A stretch of DNA of 63,563 nucleotides, filler included, from Octopus bimaculoides (GCF_001194135.2; 8 parts of 8 records of this genome joined end to end with filler, not necessarily neighbours in it), one strand, 5' to 3'. Positions 1-12,180 are shown, counted from the whole stretch's first letter. Numbers and translations: made by a program. The notes: a model not told the origin generated them from the sequence alone.

Positions 1-65
1 TATATATATATATATATGTACTTGTGTGTGTATGTATTTATGTATGTGAGTGTGTGTGTGTATGT

Positions 66-107
<42 letters not shown>

Positions 108-225
108 TGCATGTATGTATACATGTATATAGTATGCTTAGTACATACACAGAAACGAACAACTTTTTCCTTTTCCGGTGTTTGCTAAGTTTAAGCTACA
201 TGTGTGTAAGCATATGATTATGTGC

Positions 226-272
<47 letters not shown>

Positions 273-290
273 TAATAACAACGATAACTA
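1..290. repeat. Compound microsatellites (TA)n/(TG)n then (AAT)n
   Basis: Directly visible tandem di- and trinucleotide runs. Confidence 0.95.
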
Positions 291-558
291 CAGCTAGAAG
301 CATGTTAATATTAATGATCTTTCTATTAGCAATACCGTAATGAAAAAGGGGAAAACTACATCAAACAAAACGAAATAACCGCTTTATGCTGAATACATAA
401 ATATATTTATAAATATATTGAAGTATTTATACATATAACTAACTTAATATTATATAAATGTAAGTATTATACAGATGCATAGAAGACGCACGTGCGCCAT
501 ATATACATGCTTGCATGCATACATACATACATAGATACATAGATACGTACATACGTAG

Positions 559-590
<32 letters not shown>

Positions 591-820
591 CACACTTTTA
601 AGGACCACAAGACCAACTTCCTCTCCGACTTTAAACGTAGGTAAATAAATTCCCCCAAAAGCGAAATGAGTGTAGTTAGAGTGTTATCGACGCTATTTAT
701 CCTAAAATTAGGTCCATCATGAGATCAGATCAGTGGAATAGTAGCGCTAAATTTTAACAAATGGTTGCGTGATGCTGAAAACAAAGGATCCTGCATATGT
801 ACCCAAAGCAACATCGTGGA

Positions 821-876
<56 letters not shown>

Positions 877-1040
877 AACAGACCACCCTGCCTCTTGAAA
901 GCAATAATTTACCACGATTAGTGATCTTGACGTTATAATAGCAATAGACAGTAGGAAGCCACCATTTTGCAGTGACGATTCCTACTACGTAAAAAAGAAA
1001 AAAAAAATGTGGAGTGGGGTGATCTTTATTTGATGTCTCC

Positions 1041-1915
1041 ATGAGGAATGAAATCACTAATGTGGCTGTTCATACAGAATGGTACATACTGGATACACTT
1101 AGAAAGCAAATCTTCTTTTACAGTTCAGGAATATACAGAGATGATGGGTTGGCAATCTCATGCAATCGAATGGTCACAAACACATTTAGAGAGGATTTAA
1201 GAAGCATATTTAAGGTGATTAACTTGACTATGAACCCTAACCTAATAAAAAAAAAAACGCAATTTCTTTGATATAACATTAAATTTAAAGAGGGAAAACA
1301 CTATCCATACAGAAGTTCAAACGAGCAAACTGTAGACATCCACAGACATTCCAATCACACCTAGTTACAACTTTTAGATGGTGCAAGTAGGAGAGTCTCT
1401 GACATTTTTTCGAACAAGAACTTTTTCGACAAGGCCACTCTTATTACAACGCAGTATTAGCTAGTGGCTTCAGTAAGAAGCTAGATTAAGGAGATTACCT
1501 CACCCACTCGTCACAAGAGCAAAAACTAAGAAGAGGAAGGTAATTTGGTTTAATCGACCTCGTAGCACAGATGTTACCTCGGATATTGTGAAGACTCTTC
1601 CATCCCCAGTAAGGACATTTTTCCTGCGATTAAATACTATATACTAAGAATGTCAGCTAGTCTAGCTTGGGCAACATTTCTTCCAGATCACATATCACAA
1701 TTGAAAGCATACATTAACACTCCAATTCTAGAACCAGTTTACAACTATGGAAATCAATCAACTTCTCTACTTAAGGAATTCTCTCTTTACGAAGGAGTTA
1801 TATAAGAGCATCTATTACACTACGGAGCGGCATCAAAAAGAACAATTCTACTCAATCGGAAACAGTTTTGTGGGTCATTACCACGAGCATTTTAACTCTT
1901 TTAAATCAAGGAGCA
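1041..1915 (+). mobile_element. Penelope-like element fragment (C-terminal RT plus GIY-YIG remnant), decayed
   Basis: Translation gives SGIYRDDGLAI (RT catalytic motif, YRDD), then QFL*YNIKFKEGKHYPYR..DIHRHSNH, and near 1790-1915 LYKSIYYT..YSIGNSFVGHYHEHFNSFKS, resembling a PLE GIY-YIG endonuclease. Stops and frameshifts; ends at the SINE at ~1925. Confidence 0.8.
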
Positions 1916-1924
1916 AGAAAAATT

Positions 1925-2054
1925 ACACTTCATTCTCACATGGTTCTGGGTTCAGTCCCACTGTGTGGCACCTTGGGCAAGTGTCTTCTACTGTAGCCCG
2001 CCTACCAAATCCTTGTGAGTGGATTTGGTAAGCGGAAACTGAAAGAAGCCCGTC

Positions 2055-2094
<40 letters not shown>

Positions 2095-2640
2095 NNNNNN
2101 NNNNNNNNNNNNNNNNNNNNNNNNNNNNNNNNNNNNNNNNNNNNNNNNNNNNNNNNNNNNNNNNNNNNNNNNNNNNNNNNNNNNNNNNNNNNNNNNNNNN
2201 NNNNNNNNNNNNNNNNNNNNNNNNNNNNNNNNNNNNNNNNNNNNNNNNNNNNNNNNNNNNNNNNNNNNNNNNNNNNNNNNNNNNNNNNNNNNNNNNNNNN
2301 NNNNNNNNNNNNNNNNNNNNNNNNNNNNNNNNNNNNNNNNNNNNNNNNNNNNNNNNNNNNNNNNNNNNNNNNNNNNNNNNNNNNNNNNNNNNNNNNNNNN
2401 NNNNNNNNNNNNNNGTGTCTTTGTACCTGTTTTTTGTCCTCCACCCGCCACCGTTTGACAAACGGTGTTGGTTTGTTTATGCTCCCGCAAAAGTGACCGA
2501 AAGAAGAAGAACCAGACTTAAGAAAAAACAAAAAAAAAAACAGAAACAAAACATAAGTACTATGAGTCGATCTGTTCGACTTAAATCCTCCGAGTCGGTG
2601 CTCCAGCATGGCCCCGGGTCAAACGACCGAAAATATTGAA
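1925..2640 (+). mobile_element. SINE family A: tRNA-like head, internal (TA)n with gap, 3' tail
   Basis: Head CACATGGTTCTGGGTTCAGTCCCACTGTGTGGCACCTTGGGCAAGTG and tail GGTGCTCCAGCATGGCC recur throughout the window (7405, 15420, 18385, 57765, 58740, 61500). Confidence 0.85.
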
Positions 2641-2989
2641 GGGGTAAACATTACGAGAAAGAACCGTTGTCAGTTTAAGCGGTCTCGATCGAATCAATAG
2701 GATGTCATGTAATCCGCCCGCCCGGCCACCTACCTTTCTCTAATCCGGCATTAAGAGGTGGTGGATCGGTTACTGCTGGAGGTCGAATATCATCAACGGG
2801 AATCAACATTAAATATGAATGTGGTTGATCTTTCTCTTCTGCTCTGGCTACACAAATGCTCAAGCTTGGCTTTGTTGTTTATTGGGGCGTTTTATCAGAA
2901 AGTCATGCGTGTCTTGTTTGTTGTCGTCGACGTCGTCGTCGTCGTCATTTTGGTTGTCACCAACACTATTTTGCTCTTCGTCCTTCTCT

Positions 2990-3076
2990 GTCTTCTTGTT
3001 CTCTTCTTCCTCTTCTTCTTCTTCCTCTTCTTCTTCTTCCTCTTCTTCTTCTTCCTCTTCTTCTTCTTCCTCTTCT

Positions 3077-3135
<59 letters not shown>

Positions 3136-3163
3136 TTCCTCTTCTTCTTCTTCCTCTTCTTCT
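2990..3163. repeat. (TTC)n microsatellite with 15-bp higher-order unit TTCCTCTTCTTCTTC, running into a gap
   Basis: Visible; a CTC variant recurs every fifth triplet. Confidence 0.95.
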
Positions 3164-3924
3164 NNNNNNNNNNNNNNNNNNNNNNNNNNNNNNNNNNNNN
3201 NNNNNNNNNNNNNNNNNNNNNNNNNNNNNNNNNNNNNNNNNNNNNNNNNNNNNNNNNNNNNNNNNNNNNNNNNNNNNNNNNNNNNNNNNNNNNNNNNNNN
3301 NNNNNNNNNNNNNNNNNNNNNNNNNNNNNNNNNNNNNNNNNNNNNNNNNNNNNNNNNNNNNNNNNNNNNNNNNNNNNNNNNNNNNNNNNNNNNNNNNNNN
3401 NNNNNNNNNNNNNNNNNNNNNNNNNNNNNNNNNNNNNNNNNNNNNNNNNNNNNNNNNNNNNNNNNNNNNNNNNNNNNNNNNNNNNNNNNNNNNNNNNNNN
3501 NNNNNNNNNNNNNNNNNNNNNNNNNNNNNNNNNNNNNNNNNNNNNNNNNNNNNNNNNNNNNNNNNNNNNNNNNNNNNNNNNNNNNNNNNNNNNNNNNNNN
3601 NNNNNNNNNNNNNNNNNNNNNNNNNNNNNNNNNNNNNNNNNNNNNNNNNNNNNNNNNNNNNNNNNNNNNNNNNNNNNNNNNNNNNNNNNNNNNNNNNNNN
3701 NNNNNNNNNNNNNNNNNNNNNNNNNNNNNNNNNNNNNNNNNNNNNNNNNNNNNNNNNNNNNNNNNNNNNNNNNNNNNNNNNNNNNNNNNNNNNNNNNNNN
3801 NNNNNNNNNNNNNNNNNNNNNNNNNNNNNNNNNNNNNNNNNNNNNNNNNNNNNNNNNNNNNNNNNNNNNNNNNNNNNNNNNNNNNNNNNNNNNNNNNNNN
3901 NNNNNNNNNNNNNNNNNNNNNNNN

Positions 3925-4075
3925 ATGAATATCTCATCGAAAATCAAAAAGAGAGAGGATGACTACGGACAACTGCTCTGAAACCTCCAGCTTCTATATC
4001 CAGATCATAAATTCACATTCATACCAACAATGAATGGTGCAATTCGTTGTGTGTGTAAATGGCTGAGTGACACAA
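3925..4075 (+). mobile_element. Fragment of a restriction-like-endonuclease non-LTR element (R4/Dong-like) C-terminus
   Basis: Translation KKREDDYGQLL*NLQLLYPDHKFTFIPTMNGAI resembles the K..Y..L......IP...GA tail of R4/Dong-type ORFs (recalled similarity); in-frame stop. Confidence 0.5.
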
Positions 4076-4167
4076 CGTGTAAGCGGAACAGTAAAGATAT
4101 GTAAGACTTCTCTCAAGTTTAAAACGTGGCGTTGTTTTTGTTAATTACATTCTAACGATGGAGCTTC

Positions 4168-4202
<35 letters not shown>

Positions 4203-4457
4203 TCAGAATCGGGCTCCTAGACCGCGAGAGGTCTCCGAGCAAAATGTTCAGTGTGTCCATGTCTTAAGACAGCACTCCTACACTGATGTGTGTGTGTGTG
4301 TGTGTGTGTTTGTTTGTGTTCTTTAAACAGACGTAACATTCGTTGAAACTTGTGGATTTTAAACAGTTTGCCGCACCGGTGTTGAGTACTTTTTCTCCCG
4401 TTCATTGCCATTAACATGTAGACACACACACACACACAAATACACAATGTTGTATAA

Positions 4458-4680
4458 ATGCTCCGCAACCGGTGTGACGCAGCACACTGGCCTGCCGTAG
4501 CACACTGGCCAGCCGCAGCACACAGGAGTGCCACGAGACGATGCTAGGTGTGCCGCAGTGTAACCTGAATATAATTTTTTTCCCCACCGTACTTTTACTT
4601 ATGCTTTTGGTTCAGTTCTGCCGCCGAATTAAAAAAAAAATTAAAGTGTGCCGCAAGTGAAAAAAGGTTGCGGAGTACTG
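4458..4680. mobile_element. Non-autonomous hAT (Buster/Charlie-like) MITE
   Basis: TIRs ATGCTCCGCAACC (left, slightly eroded) and GGTTGCGGAGTACTG (right); identical 8-bp TSD TTGTATAA at 4450-4457 and 4681-4688 with central TA. Confidence 0.8.
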
Positions 4681-4689
4681 TTGTATAAT

Positions 4690-5030
4690 AATAATCCTTT
4701 CTATTATAAGCACAAGGCCTGAAATTTGGGGGAGGGGAATAGTCGATTATATCGACCCTAGTACTCAACTGGTATTTGATTTATCGACCCCGAAAGGATG
4801 AAAAGCAAAGTCAACTTCGGCGGAATTTGAACTCATTGTATAATAATAATAGTGGCTTCAAATTTTGGTACCAGGTCAACAATTTCGAAGAGTAAGTCGA
4901 TTATATATCGATGCCAGTGCTCGACAGGTAATTATTTATTTCGTTAACCCAGGAAGGATGAAAGGCAAAATTCAGAACATCAAGACGGACGAACTGCTGC
5001 TAAGCATCTTGTCCGGCGAGCTAACGATTT
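4690..5030 (-). mobile_element. SINE family B, two adjacent copies
   Basis: Reverse of family motif GAGTTCAAATTCCGCCGA..CTTTCATCCTTTCGGGGTCGAT..TACCAGTTGAG, also at 11115, 35085, 54430-56500, 62640. Confidence 0.85.
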
Positions 5031-5146
5031 TGATATACTTCCCATACACACATGAATAATTTAGCGTCCATATATTAATGGAAGATATTTTATCTCGACA
5101 CCAGCGATATTTGAACTTTGAAATTTGAGTCACACACGCACGCACG

Positions 5147-5201
<55 letters not shown>

Positions 5202-5912
5202 NNNNNNNNNNNNNNNNNNNNNNNNNNNNNNNNNNNNNNNNNNNNNNNNNNNNNNNNNNNNNNNNNNNNNNNNNNNNNNNNNNNNNNNNNNNNNNNNNNN
5301 NNNNNNNNNNNNNNNNNNNNNNNNNNNNNNNNNNNNNNNNNNNNNNNNNNNNNNNNNNNNNNNNNNNNNNNNNNNNNNNNNNNNNNNNNNNNNNNNNNNN
5401 NNNNNNNNNNNNNNNNNNNNNNNNNNNNNNNNNNNNNNNNNNNNNNNNNNNNNNNNNNNNNNNNNNNNNNNNNNNNNNNNNNNNNNNNNNNNNNNNNNNN
5501 NNNNNNNNNNNNNNNNNNNNNNNNNNNNNNNNNNNNNNNNNNNNNNNNNNNNNNNNNNNNNNNNNNNNNNNNNNNNNNNNNNNNNNNNNNNNNNNNNNNN
5601 NNNNNTATATATATACATATGAATATATCTGTATGCGTATCAATTTAATAAATAAGGTTGATGACATTGTTAAGAAATGAGACAAGAAGAAAGCAAGGAA
5701 CTTTAAAGGAAAGATTTAAAGCTTTGTGGCGAAAACTTGCGACGTGGTCAAAAGTAATGTTATAGCAAAGGTCCTTATTATGCGCTGGGTTATCATTTAA
5801 GGTCAGCAGTTAATACTGAATTTAATGCTCAGAAGAAAAAACATACTGAATGGAATTACTTTTAAGACGTCAAGCCATTGAAATATGATAGAAAGACGTT
5901 GAAAATATGAAG

Positions 5913-6290
5913 ATACTAGCTGACGTATCCGGTAATTCCCGGGAAAGCGGAGCTTATCCCTTGGTTCTGTTCCCATAATTGTTTCGCTAATATGATAGCA
6001 ACAACATAAAGTATGTAACCCTTAAAACGGTTTTTGTTCATTTACAGAGAATACCGAACTGTCTTACGCGGGATCTTGTTTTTAGGAATTCCCAATAAAT
6101 TATGAATACCCAACTTGTGAAGTCAGTTATGTAATGATAATATGAAATTAGTTGAAAAAGAGTGAAAAAAGGACAAAACAAATTTAGTCCGACGCGGTAA
6201 CGATTCTGTCACCTGGTCCCAGCATTACAACATTGCAAAAGGCACTACTTTTTTGGGAACAGTAAATATTCTGCAGAAAGTACTGTCTAA
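5913..6290 (+). mobile_element. Possible Helitron/Helentron-type non-autonomous element 5' end
   Basis: Starts ATACTAGCTG followed by a short palindrome TTCCCGGGAA, resembling ACTAG-start rolling-circle MITEs; no 3' end identified. Confidence 0.3.
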
Positions 6291-6499
6291 ATGAAGTTAC
6301 ATAGCTTGATAGGGAGTCAGTTAAACGATCCAGTGCTCACAAGATCATCTCTATGCAAATGAAGGAATAATAATAAAGGTAATGATGATGATGATTTCAC
6401 TTGCAAAAGGGGAATTAAATGTGGGGTACATTATGAGCATAGTTTACAATTTGTAGGGCCTACATAAAAATGAGCGGAAAAAAAGGAGAGGAGGAGAAA

Positions 6500-7001
6500 A
6501 GGTGGTGACTCGCATGGCTTCTGATCTGAAATGATGTACATTGTTTTGTCTTGGTATAAAAGATAGGCAACAGCAAATATTCTGCTCAGTACCACAGATT
6601 TGCTTCTCAGTTGTTTGACCTTAACCTGCTGATCATGTCTCTTAGTGGCTGATGATATGTGCATCCCTGATCACGAGCAGAAGTAGCTGGGGAGCATCAT
6701 AGCCATGTGTTAAGAGGAATTCTTTGGGGTTTGAATAATTCACCTCTGGAAACATGGGTGTTTCGTTCATCATCCTTAAACAACCCTTATTCAGGGATCT
6801 TTTGAGTGGAATGGGCTATTCAACAGGAAGAAAATTCTAACAGACCCCCATCAGCAAAGTCATGCGTTGTTTATCTTGGTATGAGAACACTAAGCATGTG
6901 CCTGGTGTACCCTTATCAGACAGGTAATCATGGTGGGTATATTGGGCTTCGTATATTTGTACCCTAGTGTCACTTTGATGGCATGCGGTGCTCTCTCACT
7001 C

Positions 7002-7057
<56 letters not shown>

Positions 7058-7081
7058 TAATAATGATAATAATAATAATAA
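6500..7081 (+). mobile_element. Dispersed ~500-bp repeat family C ending in CTCTCACTC(AAT)n
   Basis: Collinear with 12180-12730 along nearly its whole length (e.g. AATAATTCACCTCTGGAAACATGGGTGTTTCGTTCA; CCTGGTGTACCCTTATCAGAC); both end in an (AAT)n tail. Confidence 0.85.
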
Positions 7082-7404
7082 TGGAGGTGAAAATTTGTAT
7101 GGAAGTTTTGTTTAACTGGATAATGTTATTATATTAGAGATTGAAAGGAATAAAAGAATAATTAAGAAGCGTATTCCTAGATGATACCGAAAATGGACTT
7201 CAGATGCCTTTCAAGGGTAACCAGTGCACCTGACTCATTGCAGCTCCTAGGCTACCAATATATACACATACATACAAATACACATACATACATACATACA
7301 TACATACACACATACATACACACATACATACATACATACATACATACATACATACATACATACATACATACAGTAAACCTAGAAATTCGAAACCAAGATT
7401 AAAT

Positions 7405-7585
7405 TTTACGTGTGGCTGTGTGGTAAGTAGCTTGCTTACCAACCACATGGTTCCGGGTTCAGTCCCTCTGCGTGGCACCTTGGGCAAGTCCTGGGGCCGA
7501 TATCTCTGACTAAAAGGCGGTGCTCCAGCATGACCGCAGTCAGATGACGGAAACAAATAAAACAGTAAACGAGTAAAAGAGAATA
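7405..7585 (+). mobile_element. SINE family A copy with internal deletion
   Basis: Head GGCACCTTGGGCAAGT is joined directly to tail CCTGGGGCCGAT..GGCGGTGCTCCAGCATG. Confidence 0.8.
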
Positions 7586-8285
7586 CGTATATGAATNNNN
7601 NNNNNNNNNNNNNNNNNNNNNNNNNNNNNNNNNNNNNNNNNNNNNNNNNNNNNNNNNNNNNNNNNNNNNNNNNNNNNNNNNNNNNNNNNNNNNNNNNNNN
7701 NNNNNNNNNNNNNNNNNNNNNNNNNNNNNNNNNNNNNNNNNNNNNNNNNNNNNNNNNNNNNNNNNNNNNNNNNNNNNNNNNNNNNNNNNNNNNNNNNNNN
7801 NNNNNNNNNNNNNNNNNNNNNNNNNNNNNNNNNNNNNNNNNNNNNNNNNNNNNNNNNNNNNNNNNNNNNNNNNNNNNNNNNNNNNNNNNNNNNNNNNNNN
7901 NNNNNNNNNNNNNNNNNNNNNNNNNNNNNNNNNNNNNNNNNNNNNNNNNNNNNNNNNNNNNNNNNNNNNNNNNNNNNNNNNNNNNNNNNNNNNNNNNNNN
8001 NNNNNNNNNNNNNNNNNNNNNNNNNNNNNNNNNNNNNNNNNNNNNNNNNNNNNNNNNNNNNNNNNNNNNNNNNNNNNNNNNNNNNNNNNNNNNNNTATAT
8101 ATATATATATATATATGCTAGGGTAGCTGGAATATACTATGGTTACAAGCTTTGTAGTATATATATATATATATATAAATATGTGTGCGTGTGTGTGTGT
8201 ATGTGTGTGCTTGCGCGTACGTATGGTTATATGTATGCGTGTGTTTGTGTGTATGTATACTTGTTTATATGTGTGAATGTGTTTG

Positions 8286-8324
<39 letters not shown>

Positions 8325-8671
8325 TCTGCTTGTTTATGTGTTAGTTGCTATGCACGTGCGTCTGTGTATATGCGCGGCCATGCGATAGTTGCTAGGTGTA
8401 TGTTTGTGATTGTGTCTATGCGGTAGTTGCTATCTGTGTGTTTGTATATCTGCGGTGTAATTGTGTTCATGTGAAGGTTACTCTGGGTGTGTGTGTGTGT
8501 GTGTGTGTCTATGTGACAGTTACTGTGTGTGTGCGCGCAAGTTGTATTTGCTCTTCTTTCTGTGTGCTTTAATCTTGTACATACACACACACACATATAC
8601 GCACACATCTCTCGCTTTCTCTCTCCACATACACACACACATCCAAACAAACACAGGCATACACATACGCA

Positions 8672-8717
<46 letters not shown>

Positions 8718-9639
8718 CTGTACACTCACTCGCAAGTAACCCACACGAATTTTAATCTAACGTTTCGTCACACATTTTCAGGTTTACCTTATNNNNNNNN
8801 NNNNNNNNNNNNNNNNNNNNNNNNNNNNNNNNNNNNNNNNNNNNNNNNNNNNNNNNNNNNNNNNNNNNNNNNNNNNNNNNNNNNNNNNNNNNNNNNNNNN
8901 NNNNNNNNNNNNNNNNNNNNNNNNNNNNNNNNNNNNNNNNNNNNNNNNNNNNNNNNNNNNNNNNNNNNNNNNNNNNNNNNNNNNNNNNNNNNNNNNNNNN
9001 NNNNNNNNNNNNNNNNNNNNNNNNNNNNNNNNNNNNNNNNNNNNNNNNNNNNNNNNNNNNNNNNNNNNNNNNNNNNNNNNNNNNNNNNNNNNNNNNNNNN
9101 NNNNNNNNNNNNNNNNNNNNNNNNNNNNNNNNNNNNNNNNNNNNNNNNNNNNNNNNNNNNNNNNNNNNNNNNNNNNNNNNNNNNNNNNNNNNNNNNNNNN
9201 NNNNNNNNNNNNNNNNNNNNNNNNNNNNNNNNNNNNNNNNNNNNNNNNNNNNNNNNNNNNNNNNNNNNNNNNNNNNNNNNNNNNNNNNNNNNNNNNNNNN
9301 NNNNNNNNNNNNNNNNNNNNNNNNNNNNNNNNNNNNNNNNNNNNNNNNNNNNNNNNNNNNNNNNNNNNNNNNNNNNNNNNNNNNNNNNNNNNNNNNNNNN
9401 NNNNNNNNNNNNNNNNNNNNNNNNNNNNNNNNNNNNNNNNNNNNNNNNNNNNNNNNNNNNNNNNNNNNNNNNNNNNNNNNNNNNNNNNNNNNNNNNNNNN
9501 NNNNNNNNNNNNNNNNNNNNNNNNNNNNNNNNNNNNNNNNNNNNNNNNNNNNNNNNNNNNNNNNNNNNNNNNNNNNNNNNNNNNNNNNNNNNNNNNNNNN
9601 NNNNNNNNNNNNNNNNNTGACGAGGTGAAACAGAGCTGC

Positions 9640-9865
9640 TATTATTCCTGTTGCTGTTGTTGTTGTTGTTGTTGTTGTTGTCATCGTCACATCCCAACTG
9701 CGACCGCCAACAGAACCATAAGTCTCTCTGTCATCATCATCATCATCATCGTCGTCGTCGTCATCACCACCACCACCACCATTCCCATTACCACTACCTC
9801 CATTACCGCCACCACCGCCAACAACAACAGCTACCTGTCGTCATCCTCATCGTCTCCATCGTCAG

Positions 9866-9905
<40 letters not shown>
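9640..9905. repeat. Compound trinucleotide microsatellite (GTT)n/(CAT)n/(CAC)n
   Basis: Visible tandem triplets. Confidence 0.9.
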
Positions 9906-10064
9906 NNNNNNNNNNNNNNNNNNNNNNNNNNNNNNNNNNNNNNNNNNNNNNNNNNNNNNNNNNNNNNNNNNNNNNNNNNNNNNNNNNNNNNNNNNNNNNN
10001 NNNNNAAAATATAAATGTAGTGGTCAGCGATCTATCATGATATATATATATATATGTATTCTTT

Positions 10065-10209
10065 TATTCTTTTATTTAATTCAGTCATTTGACTGCGGCC
10101 ATGCTAGAGCACCGCCTTTAGTTGAACAAATCGACCCCAGAACTTATTCTTTGTAAGCCTAGTACATATTCTATCGTCCTCTTTACCGAAATATACAAAT
10201 ATGTATATT

Positions 10210-10250
<41 letters not shown>
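10065..10250 (-). mobile_element. SINE family A 3' tail followed by its internal (TG)n
   Basis: CAGTCATTTGACTGCGGCCATGCTAGAGCACCGCC is the reverse complement of the family A tail. Confidence 0.85.
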
Positions 10251-10659
10251 AGCCATACAGTAGAATCAAAATCAGGAGAAAAAAAACAAAAAAACAAACA
10301 AACGAGTTTTCATTTTTCTCAATACGGGTATTAAACTTACTGTGGTACCCGGCTTACTTGAAGTTTCATTCTCCGTGTTTCTTAATTTGTCACAATGACA
10401 CCGAAGTGAATCAACTCATTGTCACATAAAAATAACTCTTGATTTAAACACAGTGTGAACAGATTTTTATATTAGTATTAACTTGAAATCCGTTAAGAAT
10501 TTAGTACCTCATCAACAAAGTATGAAAAAGTTTGTTTCATTAAAAGTAAATATATATATATGCATATATTTTAACAGTTAAGTTACTGGTTCATTCCGGG
10601 ACCATTGAATAGTTAACTAGTAATACTTATGCGGTGTATGTATGTATGTATGTATGTAT

Positions 10660-10775
10660 GTCATTAGCCACCAACGGAGCTGCAAATGCAAAATATAAGT
10701 TAGTCCTAGAGCGCACAATGTTCCTGAAGGTCGGCAATGGTCTTCCTCGGTCACGAGTGGACGGCCATCATGCAT
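10660..10775 (+). mobile_element. RTE-clade LINE extreme 3' end
   Basis: Encodes ISHQRSCKCKI*; the following UTR matches the reverse of 27075-27175; ends GGACGGCCATCAT. Confidence 0.7.
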
Positions 10776-11114
10776 GTATGTATGTATGTGTGTATGTATG
10801 TATATGTGCAGATTATTACGTTTTGTTTTATCAACATGCGTATAGGTGATTGTCTAGACATGCTCATATATATTTAAATGATAAACTTCTGGAAAGTTTT
10901 ACAGATTTTTAAAGTTCCATCCTAAAACCAAATGACTAAAGAAAAAAAGAATCAGTGTATGCTGTGCAATAAACAATAAGTATCACAAAGCATTAATGTA
11001 AACTTTGCCTGCATCAGTAACACGGTTAGAGAACACAACACTATCGAAACATATTTGGGTAGCTAAAGATCCAGTAGAGACCATTAGTATTACATTGATA
11101 ATATTAGAGAAGGC

Positions 11115-11335
11115 ATTAGAGGTGACAAGCAAGTAGAATCATTAGCACACCTGACGAAATACTTAGCAGCGTTTCGTCAGTCTTTACGTTCCAAGTTCAA
11201 ATTCGGCTGAGGTCAACTTTGCCTGTCATCCTTTCGGGTTCAATAAAATAAGTACCGGTTGAGCAATGGGATCGATGTAAACGACTTACCCTCACCCCGA
11301 AGTTGCTGGCCTTGTGTCAAAATTTGAAACGAATA
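11115..11335 (+). mobile_element. SINE family B
   Basis: GAATCATTAGCAC..GTTCAAATTCGGCTGAGGTCAACTTTGCC..ATAAGTACCGGTTGAGC. Confidence 0.85.
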
Positions 11336-11786
11336 TTACAGAAGGTATTAGCACTTAGGAATGGCCCAAAGGACTGTAACCTCTCTCTTACAAAAAAGCT
11401 TTACATTAGTTCCAATCTTATTCTAATTCTACACAAAATAAATTCATTTCTATTAGTTGACACATTTCAAGATTCTTTCTCATGAATTTCAAAATAGACG
11501 CACCTGTTGAATGATAAATCACTAATGAAGTCGAAGCACTTTGGATTACCTGAAAGTACGGTAACCACAAATTTAAACTGTTCACCTGTTATAAGTCTTT
11601 TCTTCTCAATTCATTTTTTGTGCTCAGTCGATGAAAAGGTCGACTAAACGGATCTTGAGGTCGACTAATATGATATCACATTCATCGTACACAGGAAAAA
11701 CATTTACCTGACTCTATACATTTCTAACACAAAAGTGTGCATTGAGCACTTTCATGTAGCGCACACGCACACACAGATGCGTGCGT

Positions 11787-11821
<35 letters not shown>

Positions 11822-11921
11822 NNNNNNNNNNNNNNNNNNNNNNNNNNNNNNNNNNNNNNNNNNNNTTAATTAATTAANNNNNNNNNNNNNNNNNNNNNNN
11901 NNNNNNNNNNNNNNNNNNNNN
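11822..11921. other. Artificial scaffold linker (44 N + TTAATTAATTAA + 44 N)
   Basis: Identical 100-bp construct seven times in the window; the core gives stops in all six frames. Confidence 0.95.
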
Positions 11922-12134
11922 ATTCAGACAAATACATAACAAAAACACCAGGACTTACAAATATATATAACATACAGAAAATTGCACTACTGGGTACTGC
12001 ACACATTCTACGCAAAACACTTTCAATACAGTAAACATAAGAGCACCACAGCAAACCACAGCACATACCCAAGGCGCACAGAGCTGCGCTCGGTAGTGAA
12101 GTGAAAGCACGTTATAAAAATAAAACTACTGAAC

Positions 12135-12180
<46 letters not shown>
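11922..12180 (+). mobile_element. R4/Dong-like non-LTR retrotransposon 3' end with (AAT)n tail
   Basis: Encodes SDKYITKTPGLTNIYNIQKIALLGTAHILRKTLSIQ*, a C-terminal motif typical of R4/Dong ORFs; short 3' UTR ends ACTACTGA then (AAT)n. Confidence 0.8.
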
